Assembly: GCF_001194135.2 (NCBI RefSeq)
Contig: NC_068983.1
Location: 159,289,075-159,351,958 of the forward strand
DNA: 62,884 nt
Reading direction: 5' to 3'
Origin: Octopus bimaculoides
Taxonomy: Eukaryota
Shown: positions 53,194 to 62,884 of the stretch, one piece after another
Layout of the letters: the number at the start of each line of letters is the position of its first letter
How positions within the stretch are numbered: the stretch's first letter is position 1
Made by a program: the position numbers and the translations under genes
Notes under the pieces: model-generated
Database searches by the model: none
Seen by the model: the letters and a program-made list of their open reading frames with translations, nothing else
What the model was told of the DNA's origin: nothing

Positions 53194-53779
53194 CACACAC
53201 ATACATACATGCATTCATTCATGTATTGTGTAACTAAAGGGACTACATTGATATTTCATAAAGAATATTTTTGAAATTTGGGAGAATATTTGTTCCCGTA
53301 GTCTATGTGGGATTTTGATATGTGAATTAATTAGGTTTCGCACACTTATTGATCTGTGCATCAAAAACACACCTATGACTGTATCAGCATCTTTATTCTC
53401 ATCCTTCCTCCACCTCATCGTAATCATCACCGCCATCAGCATTATTATTATTGTTATTATTGTTATTATTATTATAGACAGCAGCAGGTTATTAAAAGAG
53501 AGAGAGAGAGAGCAGATACGGCGAGGCCGAGGAATGTTTGACGAATGAAAGTTAGTGATGCCAAGATCTAAAAACGCCTGATTGATCGCCAACTCTAGCC
53601 GCAGTTTTGTTGGCATTAAAATTCAATAGAAAACCAATTCCGGAGGAGCTCTGTCTGAAAAAAAAAAAAAAAATCAAAGAAATATTCCCATCCCCCAACA
53701 AAAAAGAAAGAAAGAAAAAAACAACAAAAAAAACAAAAGAAAGTCAGGAACAGAAAACAAAAATAGGAAACACGAAGCA

Positions 53780-54070
53780 AAACTCCAAGAACAGCAATAA
53801 TAATAACAGCAACAAAGGCACCAGCTGCAACTGGAATTACAGCGGCACTCTTAGCACCGCCGCCGCCACCGATAGCACCACCGGAATCGCCACAACCAGC
53901 AGCATCGTTCCAAGTACAACACGCCACCACGCAACCCCATAATACTCTGATGATGATGACAACGACTACGGCGACCATCACCTCCTCCACCACCGCCATA
54001 AGCAGCTGCAGCACTACTACCACTACCACCTCTACTATCTTCCTGCACACTACCTGACACTACTACCACC
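53780..54070. repeat. Cryptic trinucleotide low-complexity tract (CAG/ACC/AAT/GAT)
   Basis: Visible directly, ending at an N-gap. Confidence 0.8.
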
Positions 54071-54505
54071 NNNNNNNNNNNNNNNNNNNNNNNNNNNNNN
54101 NNNNNNNNNNNNNNNNNNNNNNNNNNNNNNNNNNNNNNNNNNNNNNNNNNNNNNNNNNNNNNNNNNNNNNNNNNNNNNNNNNNNNNNNNNNNNNNNNNNN
54201 NNNNNNNNTTTAAAGGCACCCGGGAGAAAAAAACAAAAAAAAAACAAACTAAAAGAAGTAGACGCGAGATCGAAAGCCGTAGGAAATAAGCAGATTAAAG
54301 GGCCAGAATTGATTGCATTATAGAATGCCGCCGCCCCTGTCAACTTTGCTTGTCATCCTCTCGAGGTCACTAAAATATGTACAAGCTAAAATCCTCTTTC
54401 CCTTCAAAACTGCTGCCCTTGTACCAAAATTAGAAAGAATTATCTTTATTACCTTTGTTATGTCATAGGCTATTATAAGCACCTTTTTAACTATTCGATT
54501 ACAAG

Positions 54506-54554
<49 letters not shown>

Positions 54555-55574
54555 ATCTATCTATCTATTTTTTACATGTATATGTATACATTTGTTCATA
54601 TATTTATATATATGTAGAAAGTCAAATGATAATTTGGTAAAATATTGTACTACAAGATTGTGGTAATTAAGTTTGTGGGGAGTGTTGCCTAGTTTGGTGG
54701 GTTTATCCATCGTGAAGTTTGCCATCTGATTAATGTTATTAAAATCAGAAGCAAACCCAACTTTTGTGACACTTTAAGAATATACGCGTACATTTATACA
54801 CACACACACACACGCACACACACAACACATAGCCACCCATCCGCACGCGCACACACACACACACAAAACAAAGCACACACATTCTTTTATTTCCCTTGTT
54901 TCTTTCGTTGGCCAGTAACCATGTTGGGACTTAAAACGCTATGGTTAATCGCGATAATCTTTATTTATTTACAATGGACATCCGCAAAATTCCCTAAATG
55001 CATTGCGGTCAACCTGAAACAGGAGTAGAAGACATTTTTCCGACGTATCGTGCAATGAGACTTAATGCGGATCCACAATTCGAGGTTAAGAATTTCGTTT
55101 TGCAATCATTCCTGTTATTTGTAAAGAAGAAAAAAAAAAAAAAAAAAAAAAAAAAGGAAATGTTCATGTGTTGAAACAAAATCTGGTTATCCCTTGATGA
55201 GTAGTATTATAGAGCAAGTATAGATCGAAGCTTATATTTTAAATAGAAATTCTAGCCGGAATGCTTGCACAAAATTGAACACAGGTAAAGAAACCAACCA
55301 AACAGTCGAATTAAGTTTACCACCCAAAAAGACCATGGCAATATTTGAACTCACAACGCAAATAAGCAGAACAATTAATGCTTTGCAGTGTTGGGTTTCG
55401 CCTGCCTTACTGGCCTGTCAGTTTACCACTCTTGATTGATACTTTTCTCAAATCGTTCTCAAAAGATGAAATGCAAAGTTGATTTGAACTCAGATTGCTG
55501 AATGTGAGAACAAATATTGAAAGGTATTCCATTTGATGCTATAAACGACTCCGTTAAACATGCATATATAAGCT

Positions 55575-56450
55575 TTGAACGAATGAAATTTATCGTTAAG
55601 TGCTATTGGAAACTGTCAATTGCAAAGACAGTGTGGAAAGATTTTCAGACAAGTTTATCTACCTGACTTACCATCACTTGAATTAGAGATATGTTTTAAG
55701 CAGATGGAAGTGTTCAGAATGTCCAAAAGAAACGTTGTGAAAGACCGTGGATATCAAAATAATCTGTGCGGTGAGTCTCGTGAGATAGGATTTTCAAAAT
55801 CAAGCGTCTCTTGCATTTCGAAGCATTGTCATTGGAAAAATTACATTCCAAGACCAGTCAATGCCCTCATTGTTGATGAGCCGATTTGTGGAGTTTTGTG
55901 ATTGGTGCTTGGCAAGATGCGAAGATGCACACCTTCCAAGAAAGATTACTCGGCGTGATGAGGCTACGTTTAAATCAAATGGCCCAGTAAACCATCTGCT
56001 GAAGATTCGAATATCGGTATCATGTTAATTTACCAGGAATTACAGTATAGTGCTGCTTATTATCAAAACGATTAATTAGTCTTTTATTTTTATAGTACTG
56101 CAACTGGTCCCATTTACTTGAACTTGCTGCAACAATTTGTCATTCAAGAAGACTTTGAAGACGTGGAGTTTTATTTCCAGCAAGATGAAACACCCCCAAC
56201 ACTGCCATAGTAAAGTAAGGTCCCTTGTCGTGACTTTGCCATATAGCTGGATTGGACGAAGAGGATAAGTAGAATAGCCTCAGCGTTCACCGGATTTCAC
56301 ACCACAAAACTTTTTTTTATATGGATACTTAAAAGATAAATTTAACAGTACAAAACTGGCAACAGACGACTACTTGAGGGCAGCCACTGACGTAGAATGC
56401 GCACAAGTACCAAACAAAATGTTTCTTGATGTTTGCGATTCCAATGCTTC
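55575..56450 (+). pseudogene. Decayed mariner-type transposase, probably DD41D (rosa-like)
   Basis: N-terminal KFIVKCYWK...[24 protein letters not shown] (first D), [14 protein letters not shown]...H (second D), then SWIGRRG.VE*PQRSPDFTPQNFFLYGYLK. About 40 residues lie between the second D and the third catalytic position. Many stops and frameshifts. Confidence 0.8.
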
Positions 56451-59400
56451 TTATATATAATATTCGTTCCTCTCTTTATTTCTTTCTTCACAAAGAAAAT
56501 TGCACAATTAGCAGATGATTTATATAACTTAAAATTAAGAATCTGATAGTAATGTATACACTAATTGTATTACCTTTGACCAATCAATATAAGAAGTAAC
56601 AGCACTTGATATTCGTTCACACACATACACACGCACATATGCACATACACATGCTTATATTTGGGATATACTATAAAAAATCTATCCAACAATGAAAACA
56701 TTCTATAATCCATTCAAGAAAATTATACCTCCAAATTCAAAGTTAAAGAAATGCAACGACCTAAATGCATCAGACCAACAAACTATTAAAAATATACAAA
56801 CCCCAAAGAAAGCATAGTAAATGAATCAGATTTATATTAATATTATATAAACTAAATGCATGCTAGTTACGGAGGTGATGAATGCATTATCAAAAATATC
56901 ATAAAAGCGCATACAAAATCCTCTACGGTAAACCATAAAAACTAACAGTAATATTATACAACGAAAGTATAAAAATTAAAAACCATCTTAAACCATAATT
57001 ATGCAAATTTACGAACAATTACTAATCATAATAATGACAAATAATTATTAGTACTATTAATAGTGATACAAATAACAAGCTATAATGTGATTTATGTATC
57101 CGAATGCAAATTCGAAAGTTATAAACTTTACAATTCTTAAATATTCATGTGGTCATGTGAATATGATAATTTTCCTCTGGTGCAATTGCAATGGATTACA
57201 CTACACAGCACCAGCTAAAACTCTTTGAGACTACTAATTATCTATTTCATTCCGATCCAATCTTTTCTAATCACAACTTTTCGAAAACTTATTGATTCTT
57301 TACTAATAGCTCTCTTCACAGAAATTCACTCTCTGTAATTGATGACTAACCCCCTCCCACTAATACGTCAGCTTTCTTGTTTCAGAATCACTAATCTGGT
57401 CAATGTAAGATTTCAGCGCTGGAAATCTGCTCCGTGACCTGTATAAGTAGAACGTGCCTATATAATGCCCTATTTAGGTGGATCCACCTACACAGTGCTC
57501 TATATAGGTGGATCGTGCAGATTATAAATTTGTCATTTGTGTAATCAGTCACCAGAAACAGTAGCTATTCGACGTTAGCCCTATGTAATGACCTTGATAA
57601 AACTATCAAGGTACGCCTAAAATGTCCCAGTGTCGATCGTCTAAGACTACTTTAGTACGTTTGGGAAATCTATTCGTTACGTGTTAGTTGGAAGTGTCTA
57701 AACATGTTTTCCATGCTTTTACACACATCTGTTACAGTCTACTTCCACATAACGTCCTATCATTCTCTAAGAGTAATGAGTGGAATATTCTTAAGAACTC
57801 TATAGATATGTGAAGCAGCTTGGTCACTGGCCGCAGTCGAGAAATAACAAGTCATTAGTCTAAAAGCATCACCATCATTACACTCCGTATCCAGGACTAC
57901 CAGCTTAGCACCTAAGTTCTGGAAGATTGTTGTTACCTCCATCTCAGGACTTTACGAAAAAATACACTGCGATGCTACTCAGTTTTGGTCGGTCGAACGA
58001 GGCGTATGCCTTACAGTCGACAAAAAACAAACAAAAGAAAACGAGTATATGTGCACCGGAAATACTGGTTTCGCTGGTGGCTACTATACCTATATCCAGT
58101 GATCTTGCTTATGTGCCATGTATCGCCACATAATTGGAAACAACTAGATGGCATCAACACCTGACATCCCGAATTTCTGGTTACAATATTTGACAGAAAC
58201 AAATAAGGTGGCAGTAGAGACGTTTAATCAGACCCTAACGTAGTTGAAGGCAGCACGTGATTGGATCGCTTAAGGTAAACCATCATAATCTCCAAACGGC
58301 TGGTCCTATAAACTACAGATCTATAACCTGCCTTCAAATAGTTTACGTAATGATATAAAAGAATATATATTAACATTGGGAAATATAGCCTGTTTCCTGA
58401 ATAATGGAAGAGATACTGGAAAGGTAGATAAAGCTTGAAAAATCAGTTACTAGTTAACAGAGCCACAAAGGAAGACTATAAAGGGAAAAGAAGTTTTTTG
58501 GGGCTTAGCATGAATCGAAAACTAGAAGGCAGTTGGCGACTTGAAGGCTTTTTCGTCCACACAAACCCTGGACACATTCATGAGATAGGTAGCATCAATA
58601 ATGAGCATTTCTGTAGGTATAGACAAATAAGTGAATTCTAAGCGAATCAATTCAAACATATGTAAAGGCAATGATACGCCTTCCCCCAACCCCGAAGAGT
58701 ATGGAAATATGCAAATAAAACTTGTAGCACGTGTTAAAAAGCAGTTCTCAAATCTGAGACTGAAGGCTTTTTGATCATGGATCAGGATGAAAAGCTTCCC
58801 ATTAAGTAATTTAGATTTAAATGCTTTGAAAATCTGCTCGATCAAGGACTGACATGGAATTAATATACAAAAGCAACAATTGAAATCCATTTTATAGCCT
58901 GTTCCACAGAAGAATAAACGTTAAAGTACATCTTTGCAGTATATGAACTGAGAACGTAAAGATATGTAAGTAGATCCTCGCAAGTATTTAACTTTATTTT
59001 CTACCGTTTTGGTCACTCGACCGCAGTTACCCCATTAAACATGATAACACAGGTGATTCATTTGATTAATATCAAGTACTGATATGGATAACATTGTCAG
59101 TGAGAATCATCAACATCACTCTGACATCGAAGTAGAAGTATCTTAGTTATACTGTTAATTAGCCTCCAGAGTATCTAAATATATTGAAAACATTTGATGC
59201 GAGAGATGCTAAAATGTTAACCAGTCTTTGGGGAATCTCAGCCTTATGGTATACCTTTGTGAATCATTTAAAATTTTGGAGATGTTCAAGTGAAAAAATA
59301 ATCATTAAACATCAGTTGTTTTATTGCTCTCTCTCTCTCTCTCTCACTCACACATGTATATAGGTATGTATACGCTTATTATCATAAAATCAAGGGTGCC

Positions 59401-62400
59401 AAAGAAGTACTCGTATATACATAAATAAGAAAACAGTTGCAACACTTGCACATTAACTCGTATGTACACACACATTCACACAAACAACATTCGCCACACC
59501 AAAACAATGAAGAGCAAATAAGAAGAGCAATAAGAACAAAAGAAAGAATTGGTAACAACAGTAGCATGAGCAGCATCAGCAGCATCAGTAGCATCAGCAG
59601 CAGCAACGACTGCAGGAACTGCAGTAGCTGGGAAATATAATCGTTTAGGTCGAAAAGGGGAAGGAAATGCACGATAACCGCCAAAGTGACTGTAACTGAA
59701 TCTTTCGTTCAGACACCATTTCCAGTTAGTCTTGGAAGAATGCCAACAACCGCAATGTTTAGCAAACTGACTACAGCAGTATACTACTACTACTACTACT
59801 ACTACTACTACGTATAATTTGTTCATCAAATTGCCATAAATAAAATATGATGATACTACAATAAATACAGTAAGAGGTAAAAGAAAGTTTACTTCAAGTG
59901 AGTTGCTGATATGTTTGTTCCTTTGGGTAACTGGATAGATGTAGCAAACAGTCGTCAGGTAGATGAGGGTTAGAAAGGAAGTTAAAAAAAGGGAAATGAA
60001 GGAAAGTAAGTTATTCAACCTATTTTACGTGTTCTGATTTTCCGTCTAAGGTTTCAAACCTTAACAGGATCTTTTGCACTAACATATCTCAAAAATGCTT
60101 TTGCAGTCAAAATTTTGCAAAATATATCGCGAAACGCTATATATTGCAGTTAATGAACATCTTGTCACCTGGTAACTATCGCTATCGTAGTTGATAACAT
60201 TGCCTCATGACCTCAATCACTTTTGTCTGGGCAAACTTGGTACGAAGGTTACTTACGTAACATATTAGCCATGCCGTAATATCAATCTATGTGTGTAATA
60301 TCTTTTTAGTCATAGTGTATTCTGTATAACTCCTGAAAGTATTTAATATCCCGTGTTCCATTTGTGAAATTTGTATGCTTACTATACTGTTTTTAGTTTC
60401 ATTTACGGAAGCAAGAGGATTACATTCAAGTTTTCTATGTTGATTAACGGAGTCTTATCTTTTTGTCCGTGGTATACAAAATCTTCCTTAGTTGAATTAC
60501 ACGGGTGTAGCTAAGAAACTCAATTCACAAAATGATTATTTCATATAATAAAAAAATGAAACTATTCCCCAGATATCCGCTTCGCTATTGTCTACTTTTT
60601 CATAGCCTTTTTTTAATATGAGAAGTAGAACGAGATTGAATTGTAAAAGGAAAACTAAAAGGAATTTCATGTGAATATGAAATCTTGTCATTGATGTTTT
60701 GTTACTTCATGATAAGTTACTTATTCACATTTTATAATTTTCATTCTTGGACTGAATTTAATCAAACCTCGAATAATTGACAATTATGAAAAGAAATTAT
60801 TGCAAAAAGTTGAGATTTATTCGGATTTACTTCACATTCCATATTTAATACATTCCGAGCTATACTTATTATTGGCGAAGAATAATTGAAAATTCGAAGT
60901 TGGTGTCGAAACATTAACCACAAAATTCCATTAACTTGAAATATTGATCTTCATACATCTTAAAAAATCTTCTAGTGCAAATTGAGGTTTATATTTTATA
61001 TTGCAGCTTGAATTCACGTTTTCTTCTCACTTTATACCTGTTATTGAATACATTTTTATGTGGAAGAAAAACAGTAATCTTTTAATTTTGCTAAGTGCTA
61101 AACAAAACTTAAATCAAATATTTATTTAATCATTATAATATCCTCATGTATTGACATTTCTCACTGGAAATCTTTCATAAGAAATGTTTTTCCTTTTAAG
61201 GAGATTACTAGTGATCAAATCTGACACAAGAGCATTTAGAAGAAAAAGATGTTCTTTCCACTACAGCAATCAATTATCAATTAATTCCCGTAAATCGCAC
61301 GGTAACATCATACCTAAATATACTATGACTCATTTCTAATCCATTAAACAGTATGTTCTTTATCTCACACCCCAAGATAACTCGCCATCAACTTATATAG
61401 TAATGATCTCAGTTGTTTCTGTCAATGTAAAATAACAAATGCCCACGTAGAATCGTGGTAAAAAAAAAATCTTAATCTGATTAGTACACACATTTCGTTA
61501 ACAGAGTAAAAGTGGTGAGCTGGCAAAGATGGTGAGTAGTCGAATAAATATGGCAAGGCTACTGTTTTTAATCGTTCTATATTCTCAGTTCCAGCCTGAT
61601 CTTCAAGACTTCGACTTTCACCTGTCTAGGGTAGATAAAAAAAAAATTAATACAATAACATATTGCACTCTATTTGACTCTATTTTGTTGTTTTTTATCT
61701 GGGATAGAGAAAATTCCATACTGATTAATCACAGAGCGCTACGTATATGTCTATTCTATGTATTCACCTAATAATTATGGAGAGTGGATGTATCTTTGAC
61801 AAGAGCTGTAAAATGTTTGGTGCTTACCGGTTCTTATGGTATTTCATCTCTTGCAGCATATGGTTCACTTAAAGAGTTCCATAAACGACTGATTTCTTCA
61901 CTTATTATTTGTAATATAATACGAGAAGAAGAGTTGTTTTACTTTAGTTGAGCAATAAATAAAGTGTTTTTCCTTCATCACATCGGCCACTGAGAGGAAT
62001 CTGTGAGAACTTATCTTTACTGTTTTTTTTTCTTTTAGTGTTTAAACTCAACTAAAATGTTTCCCCATTTTTTTCTGTAGAACAAGACATTCTAGGTTTC
62101 ATTAAGATATGAGATCAAATCCCTCGAAATGGTGACTATATTGTTATAGACTCAATACTCCAAGTTATCTAACATCTATCTCTTCGAAATAGCAGCCAAA
62201 ACCTTTCCTTTTTATTTTTAAAAAGAAGGCACGACATATTAGATGATATTATCAGAGACAAACTGTCTGGATACGCACAACTAGAATGCCTCTCATTTCC
62301 ATAGATTTCGCAGATTTTGGAGACTTTGGAGACAAGCAGCAGCAGCGACATCATCATACATTTTCAAGGTTTCAATTTTATAATAGTAGTTTACTAGACT

Positions 62401-62720
62401 ATCTGGAATATCTAGGATAAAAGTAATCAAAACGTGTCATATTAATGCATATCTATAACACAAAGCCATAAATTAGTATAGAATGTAAAAAAAAATTGAC
62501 CTAATTTTAGCGACCTCGAAATGTTGATACACAATTTCCACACTGGCTGGTGTTGAAACACAAAATATTAAGCTTCGAAGCAACATACTGTGAGGTAATT
62601 TTGTTTTGGTAATTACTCTTTCGACACTATTTAAATTTATCAGTATACGCATGTATGTGCATTTATACATTTATAAATAATTCATATATCGATCCATGAT
62701 ATGCATAATATATATACATA

Positions 62721-62884
62721 GGCGCAGACGTGGTTGTGTAGTAAGAAACTTGCTTCCCGACCACATGGTTTCGGGTTCAGACTTACTGCGTGGCACCTTG
62801 GACAAGTGTCTTTAACTATAGCCTCTGGCTGACCAATGCTTTGTGAGGGGATTTGGTAGACAGAAACCGAAAGAAGCCCGTCGT
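62721..62884 (+). mobile_element. SINE family B head (runs off the window end)
   Basis: ggcgcagacgtggttgtgtagtaagaaacttgcttcccgaccacatggtttcgggttcag...caccttggacaagtgtc...gaaagaagcccgtcgt. Confidence 0.85.

Noticed and set aside
57740-58900. Possible decayed gene (peptide-like stretches such as CDATQFWSVERGVC and short ORFs on both strands)
   Set aside because: The best frame has about 11-12 stops in about 265 codons, close to random expectation, and shows no recognisable motif.

Overview
AT-rich, microsatellite-dense eukaryotic scaffold with 14 N-gaps. Its repeat content looks like an octopus (coleoid cephalopod) genome, which is an inference. Only one protein-coding gene is convincing: an intact, intronless, divergent tektin of the Tektin-3/5 type at 32095-33549 (+), probably a retrogene. 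The rest is intron-like or intergenic DNA. It carries more than 25 tRNA-headed SINE copies from about four families (labelled A-D here), a decayed Tc1 (DD34E) transposase, a decayed DD41D-type mariner, an internally deleted R4/Dong-like RLE retrotransposon sitting in a (TAA)n tract, a probable Helitron 3' end, three minisatellites and many SSRs. The most unusual structure is a 585-bp fold-back MITE (11176-11760) with 37-bp TIRs, an 8-bp TSD and a head-to-head telomere-repeat palindrome at its symmetry centre. Weak splice and promoter signals suggest a minus-strand multi-exon transcript that may host the tektin antisense. Almost all ORFs in the supplied track are artefacts of N-gaps or microsatellites. 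No CRISPR, rRNA or true tRNA genes were found.
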